Shown here in pieces: positions 35,938 through 46,900 of a stretch of 64,000 nt of DNA (its first letter is position 1; each line of letters begins with the position of its first letter). Origin of the DNA: a virus; IMG/VR virus record IMGVR_UViG_3300046370_000603; one strand, given 5' to 3'. The position numbers were made by a program, and so were the translations under genes. Below the pieces are notes generated by a model that had not been told where the DNA came from, did no database searches, and saw only the letters and a list, made by a program, of their open reading frames with translations.

Positions 35938-37722
35938 ATGTCTGAAGACTGCGATTGCGAATATAGTCAAATCAATGAAATAGCTGAAAGCATATATAAT
36001 TCAGAATTTTATGATTTTTTTGACGAGAGCAATTCAGAAGATTTGCCAAAAATTAAGAATTTTAAAACTAAAATTGCTGCTTGGCTAGAAACAAATATAG
36101 GTCAATTAAATATTTTAATTCACTCGAGCTATCGCATAACAAAAAAAAATGATATATGCCCGCGATTAAAACCTGAGGAAATTTCGATACTCATACAACT
36201 TTACCTCAGGGAATTTTATAAAAGAGAAAGTCAGCTAGCTTTAAAAGGTGTAAGTTCTAGCAGCTCAACAACTACCACAGGAGAATCCTCAGTCACAATG
36301 ACTGATTGGGTAGAATTAAGAGAAGGGGATTCATCTATAAAAAGAAATTCTCTAATATCTACGCCTCAACAAAAAATCCAAGCCGCAGCAGCGTATAAAT
36401 CAATTTCGCAAGATGCCAATGTCAAGTTGCAAGATATGGTGCAATATTATAATATGTATAATGCTTTACCTAGGCAAGTGGTTAGCCAGGGAATTACAAA
36501 AGCTAACTGTGACACAAAATCAAAAGACTGTAAAGAAGAATTGGTGGACTGCCCCGAAAAGACTCCTACATCTTCTCAAACAGCTTCATCCTCACCATCA
36601 ACTACATTTTCAGCTACTCCAACAAATACTGAAACTATACTGCCGACCCCCACTTCAAGCGCAACTTCTTCAGCTACTTTAACATTAACATCGACATCTA
36701 CCCCAACATCTAGTGCGACATCTAGTACGACATCTACCCCCACATCTAGTGCGACATCTAGTATGACATCTACCCCAACATCTAGTGCGACATCTAGTAT
36801 GACATCTACCCCAACATCTAGTGCGACATCTAGTATGACATCTACCCCAACATCTAGTACGGCATCTACCCCGACATCTAGTGCAACAATGACAATATTT
36901 GATTGCTGCCATGAAGGTGGAGAAGTAATTCTAATAAATAGCTCAGGAGAAGATTCTTCGAGGCTTGGTGCAGATATTCAAAATGCAGCACCAGTTTTAA
37001 ATTCATCCAGGATTTGCCTAGGAAAGCCTTTGGATTCAAGTCCTTCAGTTATAGAACTCCTAATCAATGGATCTAAGGTTTGTGACATATTGGTGCCATC
37101 AAAAAACTTAACTACAGATGTATTATATTTTTCAAAATCATTGTCTGAAGTCTTCGGTGTTGGAAGCTTTATATATGAATCTAAAGGTAGTTTCTTTAAT
37201 ATTTTTAATTCTCAGAAAAATTTACCAGGCAGTGGAACAGCTCAAACCGACTGTGGTTTTGGGTTTTGTTCAGAATATGCAGCTTGCAACGAAGAACAGC
37301 TTGATCCAACAAGATGCATAGACAGATTACATTGCCCTGAAAATATAGAAGGTATTGAAAATCAATTTTTTGGATATGCCGAAGGTGAAATTGCACTAAA
37401 TGCATTTATGGCTGATGGTAGATGCTATTCACTGGTTAATCAAAATGTTCCAGTGAAGCAATGTTTTTCTTTTGTGCAGGACGATACTGGATGCGGGGGA
37501 GAAGGATTAAAATTCTTAAACTCAACAGCTTATAGTAGTAATTTCGTTAAAAAAGTTGCTCAAGAAGGCGAGCATGTTTTTGAAAATTGTGCTGCATGCT
37601 GTCAGTGCGATGAATCTACAGATTGTATGAGTGCAAACATTGAATGGAGCGAACATGAATTTACAGGCGTCTGTAATTTGGTTATTAATGCTAAACCTAC
37701 GCCGACCCCTACAATAGTATAA
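35938..37722 (+). CDS. Head-tail adaptor-like protein with Ser/Thr/Pro-rich stalk and Cys-rich C-terminal domain
   Basis: Neck-gene position; helical N-terminus, TSTPTSSATSSM repeats, many Cys. Confidence 0.6.
   Translation: MSEDCDCEYSQINEIAESIYNSEFYDFFDESNSEDLPKIKNFKTKIAAWLETNIGQLNILIHSSYRITKKNDICPRLKPEEISILIQLYLREFYKRESQLALKGVSSSSSTTTTGESSVTMTDWVELREGDSSIKRNSLISTPQQKIQAAAAYKSISQDANVKLQDMVQYYNMYNALPRQVVSQGITKANCDTKSKDCKEELVDCPEKTPTSSQTASSSPSTTFSATPTNTETILPTPTSSATSSATLTLTSTSTPTSSATSSTTSTPTSSATSSMTSTPTSSATSSMTSTPTSSATSSMTSTPTSSTASTPTSSATMTIFDCCHEGGEVILINSSGEDSSRLGADIQNAAPVLNSSRICLGKPLDSSPSVIELLINGSKVCDILVPSKNLTTDVLYFSKSLSEVFGVGSFIYESKGSFFNIFNSQKNLPGSGTAQTDCGFGFCSEYAACNEEQLDPTRCIDRLHCPENIEGIENQFFGYAEGEIALNAFMADGRCYSLVNQNVPVKQCFSFVQDDTGCGGEGLKFLNSTAYSSNFVKKVAQEGEHVFENCAACCQCDESTDCMSANIEWSEHEFTGVCNLVINAKPTPTPTIV
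36694..36888 (+). repeat. 36-bp coding tandem repeat (~5 copies, 12-bp sub-period)
   Basis: ACATCTACCCCAACATCTAGTGCGACATCTAGTAYG, encodes TSTPTSSATSS(M/T). Confidence 0.9.
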
Positions 37723-37727
37723 TCAAA

Positions 37728-38174
37728 ATGACTGATTTAATATCAAATTCAGATAAAGATAATTTTGATAAAGCATTTGACGATATTCATGATACATTTG
37801 CTAGAGAAATCACTATATTTAAAAAAGAGAAGCAAGTTTTTGTCGCTACTAATAATACATATAACGCTTTGTACTCTAGAATTAAAAACCAAAAGGGTAA
37901 CGATAAAATTGTTGAAACAATAAAATTAAAAGCTAGGATTGCCTACGCTGGAAACTTTGAATTTTTAAGACAGAGTAATGAAAATGAAATACTAGGAATA
38001 GATATTCCGTCAGATCATATCAGAATAAAAATTAATGAACAAGGCTATAATCTATTAAAAAAAGCTACAGATATAGAAGTTGATGGAGAGCTTTTTAATA
38101 TTTCTTCAGATGCAGCAAAATCAGGAATGTTTTCTGTAAAATATTACAATATTCTACTCAAGAGAAGGGGGTAA
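37728..38174 (+). CDS. Head-closure protein (putative)
   Basis: Size and synteny in neck module. Confidence 0.55.
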   Translation: MTDLISNSDKDNFDKAFDDIHDTFAREITIFKKEKQVFVATNNTYNALYSRIKNQKGNDKIVETIKLKARIAYAGNFEFLRQSNENEILGIDIPSDHIRIKINEQGYNLLKKATDIEVDGELFNISSDAAKSGMFSVKYYNILLKRRG

Positions 38175-38175
38175 T

Positions 38176-38772
38176 ATGAAAATTAAAATAAACCAAAACG
38201 CCCTTAAAAAAATAGAAGATAGTCAAGTAGGGCCAATTGTAGGTAGATATATTGAAAAGAAAATTATTCAAGGGGTTAATCAAGCCCATCAAGACATGGT
38301 TAAAGAATTTGAGTCTCATCCAGTTACAAAAGAAATTGAATCTGGTCCAGAAGGTTGGAATCAAAGTGGTACACTGGGTGGATATGGGAATTTATTCTCT
38401 TACATTGGATTTGAAGAGGGTATGGATCCCCTAGCACCTGTTAGGAATTTATTAAAAAAAGCACTGAAAGTCAAATCGATACCGCAAAGCCAAAAATCAA
38501 TGATTTTAAAATTTCAAGTAGAACTACCATCGAAAGAAGACATCTTCAATGCTACTCCCATGCCTTGGGTTAGTGGCAGAAGTTGGGTAGAGGGAATAGA
38601 AAAGGGTATATCTGGTTTAGGAAATTATATCAATAGAATGACTTTTACTGGTAGATCTGGTCAAGGTATTCAAGCTAAAAATAAAATAAGATCGGGACAG
38701 TTTAGGAACACAAAATATTTATCAAATATACTTAACAACCTTAAGGTTAATATCAATAAGTCTATAAAATGA
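38176..38772 (+). CDS. Neck/tail-completion protein (putative)
   Basis: Synteny. Confidence 0.5.
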   Translation: MKIKINQNALKKIEDSQVGPIVGRYIEKKIIQGVNQAHQDMVKEFESHPVTKEIESGPEGWNQSGTLGGYGNLFSYIGFEEGMDPLAPVRNLLKKALKVKSIPQSQKSMILKFQVELPSKEDIFNATPMPWVSGRSWVEGIEKGISGLGNYINRMTFTGRSGQGIQAKNKIRSGQFRNTKYLSNILNNLKVNINKSIK

Positions 38773-39647
38773 ATGTAGGATTTGATCATAAATTACTGTC
38801 TAGTTTCTATCTGTGGTGCGATGATAGATTGTCATATTTTGCTGAAGCATATCAACCAGCTGTTAATCACACTTTTGAGTATGTAGATACTATTGATACT
38901 CCATTAAATTATAATGCGTTTTACAGTCCTTATAGGCAGTTTATGTGGTCTTCTGACAGAATTGCTGTTCCAGATGAAGTAACCATTGATGGCGCCATCG
39001 TGAAAGATAAAGATGGTATATATATAGATTACAATAATGGCAGAGTATTAGTAGATACCAATAGCAGACATGGATCTAGTCAAACATTAAATATTACAGG
39101 TGATTTTTCATATAAAACAGTTAATATTTATATTACAGATGATACTGAAGAAAGTGTTATACTAAATAGTGATTTTATTATATCACCAACAAATCAAACT
39201 TATTTGCAAACCAATGGTGGATTTAGTGATAAAATTTATACAGTTCCAGCAATGTTTATAACATTAGAAAATTCTGAAAATGTTCCATTCGCAATGGGGG
39301 GTATGGACAGTACGGTGTTAAACATGAGATCTGTTATAGTAGCAGACTCTAATTACACTTTAGATGGGGTTCTGTCAATTTTTAGAGATTCAGCTAGAAC
39401 GCAATTTGGATTGGTTGAATTCGAAGATTTTCCTTTTGGTGAATTTTCTCATATTAAAAATCATCCCTATAAATATACTGATTTAATTGATAAATCTTCA
39501 GAATTTGTATTTGTTGAAGAAATTAGATCATCTAAGTTAACAGACAGATCCAGAGAGAGAATTACATCTTCTCAGGATTATAAAATAGGATTTTTAGATT
39601 TCACATTGTGTAAGCCGAGAAATCCCAGAAAAATTTTTCAAAGATAA
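38769..39647 (+). CDS. Tail terminator-like protein (putative)
   Basis: Directly upstream of tail tube gene. Confidence 0.5.
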   Translation: MNVGFDHKLLSSFYLWCDDRLSYFAEAYQPAVNHTFEYVDTIDTPLNYNAFYSPYRQFMWSSDRIAVPDEVTIDGAIVKDKDGIYIDYNNGRVLVDTNSRHGSSQTLNITGDFSYKTVNIYITDDTEESVILNSDFIISPTNQTYLQTNGGFSDKIYTVPAMFITLENSENVPFAMGGMDSTVLNMRSVIVADSNYTLDGVLSIFRDSARTQFGLVEFEDFPFGEFSHIKNHPYKYTDLIDKSSEFVFVEEIRSSKLTDRSRERITSSQDYKIGFLDFTLCKPRNPRKIFQR

Positions 39648-39706
39648 ATTTCACATTTATTGAAAATTACTGTAAATAAGTATATAATAAACCTTTTTTA
39701 AAAATT

Positions 39707-40948
39707 ATGGCAACAGACAGAGTAATATATCAAAGTGAATCTCTTTACACTAGTAAGCTTAAAGGAAGCGGAGCTGGTGAATTAATCAATGATAGTGATT
39801 TGAAAGAGATTAATAGAGTGCAGGATATGAGTTATAATCTAGAAGTAACTCGTACTGACATTAATGAATTTGGACAGCTTGCTGCTCTTTCAAGAGAAGT
39901 TACAGAACCTCCTACAGTTGGATTAGATTTTTCTTACTATCTCACAGATGGAACTCAAGAAAAAAATCTAGGATTCAATGTAAACGACGCAAGTCAGTTT
40001 ACTTTCACGAGCGCTGTACCCATGACTAAACAGCTTTTAGATGGATCAAACGATTTTGATGAACTTAACTATTATGTTGTCACCGTACCAGAAGGAGAAG
40101 ATGTTCACGGACAAAGTCCAGTAGCTGCCTCAGATCATGGAGTTATTGGAATTGGTAATGGATTTATTACAAGTTATGGAATTTCTGCAGCTGTTGGAGA
40201 ATTAGCTACTGCTAGTGTTTCTGTAGAAGCTTCTAATATTATGTTTAAAAATGGATTAAACGCAGCATTTGACAACCCAGCTGTAGATGTTTCATCGGCT
40301 ACAGGAGCTAGACTCACTAATCAAGTAGATTTCGCCAGCGTGACATCCAGCGATGGAGACATTCAAGTTGACAGCGAAGAACTTTTTGCTATTAGACCTG
40401 GAGACATCTTTATTGACTTTGATGCTAAAGGATATTTTAATGCAAATGAAGCTGGTAAATTAAATGTTGGAGGAGCTGTTCTTCCAGGAGTTAATGAAAC
40501 CACATCAAAAAGCGCTATCCACGTTCAAAACATATCGCTTGATGTACCTGTTGCAAGAAGTCCTCTTAACAGACTTGGCAGCTTGTACCCATTTAAAAGA
40601 AAAGTTGACTTTCCTGTTAACATGACCTTGAGTGTTTCAGCTCTTATGACTGAATTTTCTGAAGGCAGCCTTGATGGATTACTCTGCGGTAGCGAGCAAA
40701 AACGAGATATCGCAATCGTATTAAACACAAGATGCGGAAAGAAAAACGCTTTGGTTTATGTTATGAGAAACGCTATTCTTGACACTCAATCATTCTCGGC
40801 TTCGATTGGAGATAACAAAACTGTAGACTTGACATTCTCCTCTCAAGTTGGAGGAGCTAATGATTCCGACAACGGTATTTTCCTTATCGGAGAAGCAGCT
40901 AATAAAGTTGGCTTCGATAGCGGTATTCCTACAACTCCTACAATATAA
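39707..40948 (+). CDS. Major tail (tube) protein
   Basis: RVQ..SY.....R.DINEFG and a second R..L..LG repeat (two tube-like domains); followed by terminator. Confidence 0.7.
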   Translation: MATDRVIYQSESLYTSKLKGSGAGELINDSDLKEINRVQDMSYNLEVTRTDINEFGQLAALSREVTEPPTVGLDFSYYLTDGTQEKNLGFNVNDASQFTFTSAVPMTKQLLDGSNDFDELNYYVVTVPEGEDVHGQSPVAASDHGVIGIGNGFITSYGISAAVGELATASVSVEASNIMFKNGLNAAFDNPAVDVSSATGARLTNQVDFASVTSSDGDIQVDSEELFAIRPGDIFIDFDAKGYFNANEAGKLNVGGAVLPGVNETTSKSAIHVQNISLDVPVARSPLNRLGSLYPFKRKVDFPVNMTLSVSALMTEFSEGSLDGLLCGSEQKRDIAIVLNTRCGKKNALVYVMRNAILDTQSFSASIGDNKTVDLTFSSQVGGANDSDNGIFLIGEAANKVGFDSGIPTTPTI

Positions 40949-40975
40949 TAGGACTAGTCATATACCACTTAACAA

Positions 40976-41003
40976 AAAACCTCGTCAATGGCGAGGTTTT
41001 TTT
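40976..41003 (+). terminator. Intrinsic terminator
   Basis: AAAACCTCGTC-AAT-GGCGAGGTTTT plus T-tract. Confidence 0.8.
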
Positions 41004-41066
41004 GTGTACATTATCATATAATATGTTATAATAAATATATTATATTAAAGGAATAAGGTTACAGTT

Positions 41067-41351
41067 ATGAAAAAAGAAAGGGAATTGCTTGAATTTCAAG
41101 TAGTTAGATCAATTACAAGTTTATATAAATATTTTTTAGGTTTAGTTGAAGAACTGCAAAAGGATCATGATACGCAGTTTGATAAGTTAAAACAGGCTAT
41201 ACCTGACCAAGAAAATATATTAAATCAAGCGGAGTATTTAGATGAAGCTCAATTAAATTTTTTGAGAAAAAAAATACTAGATTCGGGCAATGATGCCAGG
41301 AGGGAATTAATTTCTTATATGGAAAATTTTGATATAAAAATCAAAAAATAA
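41067..41351 (+). CDS. Hypothetical protein
   Basis: ORF in tail module. Confidence 0.7.
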   Translation: MKKERELLEFQVVRSITSLYKYFLGLVEELQKDHDTQFDKLKQAIPDQENILNQAEYLDEAQLNFLRKKILDSGNDARRELISYMENFDIKIKK

Positions 41352-41366
41352 TTTTATTATATAAGT

Positions 41367-42074
41367 ATGGCAAAAATAAACCACGATAAGAAAGCTCTCT
41401 TCTTTCACGTTCCTAAAAATGCAGGAACATCTTTAAGTGTATTTTTAAATTCTCAAGGGTGGGAAAATGTAAGATATTCTCCAATTGATGGAGAGAGAGA
41501 TGATGTTGCCCCTAGTTTTAGTTACGCGAGGGGATGTTGTCAAAGAATTAAACATAACTTTAAATTAATTGCTAAAAAAAATATCGTAGCAAGCTTGGCA
41601 GACTCCAAGCCTATTTATATTGATATAATCAATGATAATGAAAAAAAATGCTACAAAAACATTAATCAAAATACATGGAAAGACTATTTCAAATTTGCAT
41701 TTACTAGAAACCCTTGGGATAGGGTAGTATCTGCTTGGAAAAACCGATCAAGTATTGAAAAGTTTGAAGATTTTGTAAATGTTTTACCAGCTCCCAAGAA
41801 TAAGATTGATCTATGTTGGCATACTATGCCTCAGTATGATCATCTTTTTGATGAAGATGATAATCTTATGGTCGATAAGTTATATCGAGTGGAAAATTTA
41901 CAAGATGATTTAAAAGAAATTTGTGATCAATTTCAATTAAATTACACAACTATCGGAAAAATAAATTCATCAAAAAGGAAACCGTATTGGGAATACTACA
42001 CTGATGAAATGGCGGAAAAAATATCAATAATATACAAAAATGATATTGAAAAATTTAACTACAAATATAGGTAA
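41367..42074 (+). CDS. Sulfotransferase (Sulfotransfer_2-like)
   Basis: PAPS-binding FFHVPKNAGTS and FAFTRNPWDRVVSAW; H..PQ, ENL..DL, Y..D...F.Y. Confidence 0.85.
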   Translation: MAKINHDKKALFFHVPKNAGTSLSVFLNSQGWENVRYSPIDGERDDVAPSFSYARGCCQRIKHNFKLIAKKNIVASLADSKPIYIDIINDNEKKCYKNINQNTWKDYFKFAFTRNPWDRVVSAWKNRSSIEKFEDFVNVLPAPKNKIDLCWHTMPQYDHLFDEDDNLMVDKLYRVENLQDDLKEICDQFQLNYTTIGKINSSKRKPYWEYYTDEMAEKISIIYKNDIEKFNYKYR

Positions 42075-42082
42075 AAGGAATT

Positions 42083-42934
42083 ATGAATATTACAGAAAAA
42101 AACACATTATACTCATTCTCAATTGATTTAAATAAAGAAGTTGAGGAAGAGGTTGAAAAAAAGTCAAAAAGAAAAAACAAGGAGACTGGAAAAATGGAAG
42201 TTATTACATCCAAAGAAAAAGTAACAGTCAAAAAAGATGTTCCATATAAAATTGTGATCAAAAAACCTAATCGAAGCGAACTCGAAGAAGGTGACATGTT
42301 TTACAGTTTGGAACTTAATAAATTTATAAAAATGGGCATGCTTACAAAAGCCATGCTAGCAAAACAATACGGAAACCAAGGCGGAGTTTGGTCAGAAAAA
42401 GAGCAGAAATTGTATTCTGAATTGTTGTATAAAATGCACAGCAAGCAATTAGAGGTTCAGCAGTTTTCTATTTTAGGAGATAATGGCAAACTATCAGAAA
42501 GGCAACAAGCTAAGCTTGAGCAAGCTGTTAGAGAGATGTCTGAGATAAAAAAAGACTTAACAGAATATGAAATGGTTCAAAATTCTTTGTTTGATCATAC
42601 TGCAGATGTCAAGGCTAGAAATAGAGCTATCATGTGGTACATTCTGCATTTAACTTATTTCGTTGAAGGTGATGCAGATGACGCGCCATTTGAAAACATG
42701 TTTGAAGGAGATTCTTTTAAAGAAAAATATGAATCTTACGAACAGTCAGAAGAAGAAGGTGATGAGTTATATCAAAAAATTATCGATAAGGTATCTTCTA
42801 TTGTGACTATTTGGTACGTAAGTGGAACTCAAGGTCAAGAAGGTTTAGATGATATTTTTAACGAAATGAAACAACAAAATCAAGACGAGGATGAACTTGT
42901 TGAGCCCACGGAAGAAGTGGAGGAGCCCGCTTAA
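42083..42934 (+). CDS. Tail assembly chaperone (putative)
   Basis: Between tail tube and tape measure. Confidence 0.5.
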   Translation: MNITEKNTLYSFSIDLNKEVEEEVEKKSKRKNKETGKMEVITSKEKVTVKKDVPYKIVIKKPNRSELEEGDMFYSLELNKFIKMGMLTKAMLAKQYGNQGGVWSEKEQKLYSELLYKMHSKQLEVQQFSILGDNGKLSERQQAKLEQAVREMSEIKKDLTEYEMVQNSLFDHTADVKARNRAIMWYILHLTYFVEGDADDAPFENMFEGDSFKEKYESYEQSEEEGDELYQKIIDKVSSIVTIWYVSGTQGQEGLDDIFNEMKQQNQDEDELVEPTEEVEEPA

Positions 42935-42943
42935 TCATGGTTC

Positions 42944-43933
42944 ATGAACGAAAAAGATTTAGATAATTTATTCGTAGAGATTAAGAGAGGCTTTTCTGTT
43001 TTAAAATTCCAGGAAAGCCTTTTTTATGTAAAGCACCCAGGAATAAAAGAAATTGAACTACTCAATAAGGATAGAGCCAATCTCTTATTGAAAGCTAAAA
43101 AAAAAGGTATACCAACAGAAGAAGAGCTTTTTCAAACATTGAATGAAACTGAACAATGGACAAGCGAAGATGAAAAAAAATTATCAAACAATCTATTAGA
43201 AGTCAAGAATCTTGAGCAAACCATGATGAATCTAATGAAAGATTCTGAAAAAGCTCCTCTTCAAAGCAGGCTTGATGAAATTAAAAATGAAACCCAAGAG
43301 CTGCAAAGCATAAGGAGTAGTCTTATTAGAATAAGTGCTGAAAAATACGCAAACAAAAAAAGTAATGAAAATTTTCTTCAAAAATCTTTATACAAAGATT
43401 CTGAATGCATGCAACATCATTGGACAGAAGATGAGTTTAATGAAATAGATATTATAACTATACAAAATTTATATGATTCTTACAATAAACTCATGGAAAA
43501 ATTTAGTGATAAAAACATTCAGCAAATATCTATATCAGGAATTTTTAAAAGTTTATTAAATCTTTATGATAAAAATATATCTAATTTTTTTAAAAAACAT
43601 CCTTTGGATTTAAGTTATTATCAAATTAATTTATTAAATTATGGAAAAATGTTTACAACCATTTTTGAAAATAAAGAAATCCCAGAAGATATATCAAATG
43701 ATGCTGAAAAAATAATAAAGTATTTAGAAGAATCAAAAATAAAGAAAAAGAAAGCTCAAAGAGTTTTAGATAAATCAAACAGTTCTGATGGATTTTCATA
43801 TGTTGGAGCAACGCGTAAAGACTTAGATAGTATGGGGGTCAAGAAACAAGGAGGGAAAGACATTCATAGCCTAGCTGCAGACAAGGGCGGGGAATTGAGT
43901 ATGGAAGATTTCATGAAGATCCATAAGAAATGA
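42944..43933 (+). CDS. Tail assembly chaperone (putative)
   Basis: Directly upstream of tape measure. Confidence 0.5.
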   Translation: MNEKDLDNLFVEIKRGFSVLKFQESLFYVKHPGIKEIELLNKDRANLLLKAKKKGIPTEEELFQTLNETEQWTSEDEKKLSNNLLEVKNLEQTMMNLMKDSEKAPLQSRLDEIKNETQELQSIRSSLIRISAEKYANKKSNENFLQKSLYKDSECMQHHWTEDEFNEIDIITIQNLYDSYNKLMEKFSDKNIQQISISGIFKSLLNLYDKNISNFFKKHPLDLSYYQINLLNYGKMFTTIFENKEIPEDISNDAEKIIKYLEESKIKKKKAQRVLDKSNSSDGFSYVGATRKDLDSMGVKKQGGKDIHSLAADKGGELSMEDFMKIHKK

Positions 43934-43962
43934 GTGTATATCTATAAAAGGCAAAAGGAATC

Positions 43963-46900
43963 ATGAGTGTTGTAAACATACCTACAGCTGCTACAGGTTA
44001 TAGGCAGAGTATTATTAGAGACGCGCAAGGAGCTCAGCGCGTAGTTAATCGTATGCAAATGTCTCCAACCCTAAACCCATCTGGAATCATTCAGCCTTTG
44101 GGTAGAATAACTAATTCAGCAAGCGAATTTCAAAAATCAATGGATGCATCTGCAGCCCGTGTTTTTGCTTTTGGCGCCGCAGTGGGTGTTATTAATGGGG
44201 TTAGTGAAGCTTTTAGGGCGATGATAGCAGCTACAGCAGAAGTTGAAAAATCTCTGAAAGATATTCAGGTTGTAATGGAAGCTTCAAACAGTGCTATGCA
44301 AAAATTTGGAGATGGATTATTTGATGTAGCCAGAAATACTGCCACGTCTTTCAAGGATGTAGCTGAGTCAGCCACGGAACTGGCTAGGCAAGGTTTAAGT
44401 GCAGAAGAAACGTTAGCCAGGGTAAATTCAGCCTTAATACTTAGCAGGCTTTCTGGCCTAGATGCTGTCAAATCTACAGAGACTTTAACAGCGGCAATCA
44501 ACTCTTTTAATAAAGAGGGTATAACTCATTCAGAAATTGTAAATAGAATGGCTAATGTTGACGCTGCATTTGCGGTATCTTCAGCTGATTTAGCAGAAGC
44601 GATCTCAAGAGCTGGAGCTGTTGCGCAATCTTCTGGAGTTTCTTTTAATCAGTTAGCAGCTGTAGTTACTGCAGTGCAGCAAAGAACTGCCAGAGGCGGA
44701 TCTGTAATAGGTAATGGATTTAAGAGTATTTTTACTAGAATAAAAAGGAGTGGTGTTCGAGAGGCTTTAGAGGAAATAGGAGTTGCTACTAAAAACAACG
44801 ACGGAAGCTTTAGGGACTCAATGTCTGTTATTTTGGATTATGCAGATGTATATAAAAATTTGAGCGATAGCCAAAAAGCTTACACAGCGGAACAATTAGC
44901 TGGAGTTTATCAAATACAAAATTTACAAGCATTAATCCAAGATCTGAATAGTGGATATTCAATATATAATAAAGCTTTAGGAGTCGCTAATAATACAACA
45001 AACGAAGCAATTCAAAGAAATAAAGACTTAAATACAACTCTATCCGCAATGTTTACGCAAACTCAACTAAGCGCTAAAGAATTAGCTTCCTCTTTAGGTG
45101 AATTGGCGCTATCAGGAAACTTTAAAGAAATATTAACTTTTTTAAATAACTTAGCTCAAAAACTGAATGATCTTTTATCTGAGGATGGAGGCAATAATTT
45201 AGCTAAAAATTTAGTGCGAGGCATTGGTAGTTTTTTAACTGGCCCTGGGATGGTAATACTTGGAGCAGCTTTCCTTAAGATTTTTGGATTAGTTACGAAA
45301 TTTGCTAAAGAAGCTTTTTCCGACATCTTAGGTTTAAATAAAGAATCTAAAAGGCAGCAAAGCCTACAAGCTGCAATAGGGCAAGTATTGAGCACCAACT
45401 CTGGAATTTACCAAAAAATATTGGCTGCTGGAAGTAATACCGCAAAACAAGAGCAGATAATACTGAATTTAATAAGGCAAGAAACAGCTGAAAGAATCAA
45501 GCAAGAAGCTCTGATAAAAAGAATTGCAGCTAGTTCGCGATTGGTTGGTATAGGTGCGTCAGAATCTGGATTTGTACCAATGGGCAAAAAAACAGCTCAA
45601 GCAAGAGGCCGAAAAGTTTTAGGCATGTCAAATGGGTTTTTACCCGCTTTTAACAGAGAGCAAAGAGATATAAATACTGGAGTAGGCGGAGCAAGAAAAT
45701 CAGATAAACCTGTCTTACTTAAAAACCATAAAATGGGCGGCGGTAAAGTTAATGATGTTGTAGCTCATACTGGTGAATGGACTGTTAGGAATTTTAAAGG
45801 CTCGGGGGGTACAGCTATTTTTAATAGAGACATGGCATCAGCTTATGGACTGCCTTCTGGTGCAAAAAAAATTAATGCATCTAGCGGATTTATCCCGAAT
45901 TTTGCAAAATTTACCAACGAAAGCCATACAATGACATCCGCCCAACTAGGAGGGTCTCAATCTGGCAAGGGGCCAATATCTAGACTTTCAGATGTGATTG
46001 ATAGTTTCACTGGAAAAATAAAAGTCGCTAAAATGGATTTTACCAATAAAGACTTAGGTAAAAATGCAACAGATATTGTCAGAGGAAATAAGGCGCAAAA
46101 CATACCTGGATTGATAGAGTCCGACCCAAAAGCTTTAAGAGCTGGGAGAACTAAATATAGAGTTAATAAAAAAGCAGTTGGAATGCTTAATAAAAGATAC
46201 GGGAATTTAGTAAAAGATGGTCCTTATGCTGGTATAGTTACAACGGCGAAAAGCATTAGCGAGAGCAAATATAACAATTATAAAACATCACAAGGTCAGC
46301 CTGATCAAATAAAAGATTATTTTAAAAGTGTTACTGGACTTCTAAAGGGTGTTGAAGGAGAGCATCAAAGTATTAAATATTTAGCTAATAGCGGTTTGAA
46401 AAATGTTAAACCTATACAAGGGGCAGGAAGTTTTGATTTATCCGCAAAAAACTCAAAGGGCAAAAAAGCAAAAATGTTTGAAGTTAAGGCTAAAGAAAAA
46501 CAAAACGTGGTGGTTGGACTAAAAAAAGCTGCAGATCAATATTTAAAATTAAAAGCAATTACTCAAAAAAACTCAGGGCAAGACCCGATTGGCATCAAAA
46601 ACGGAAGACCAGATAAAATAAATTTAACTTCAGGCAACGCATTGTTTGCTGGGGGCATTAATATGTTAACAGCTGCAGATACAAAACTTTCAGCTAATAA
46701 AATCAGTCCTCTTTCAGAAGAAAATAAAAAATTCAAACAAGAAGAGGTTTTCAAACAAATAAAAAGTTTTACAAATTTAGATTTTAAAGACAGGCAAGCT
46801 TTATATAAAGATAAAACTAATGAAGAAATTTGGTCAAAAGCCAGAAAAGCTCTAGAAGATAAACCCAAAGATCAATTAAATTTTTACCTCAGAAGTTTGC

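Noticed and set aside
36685-36912. Minus-strand Cys/Arg-rich ORF (CRTRCWGRCH repeats)
   Set aside because: Antisense shadow of the 36-bp Ser/Thr repeat in the plus-strand gene.
42083-43933. Programmed frameshift or readthrough joining the two tail chaperone genes
   Set aside because: The ORFs are in the same frame, separated by TAA plus 9 nt with a proper ATG. A -1 shift would not join them and TAA readthrough is unlikely.
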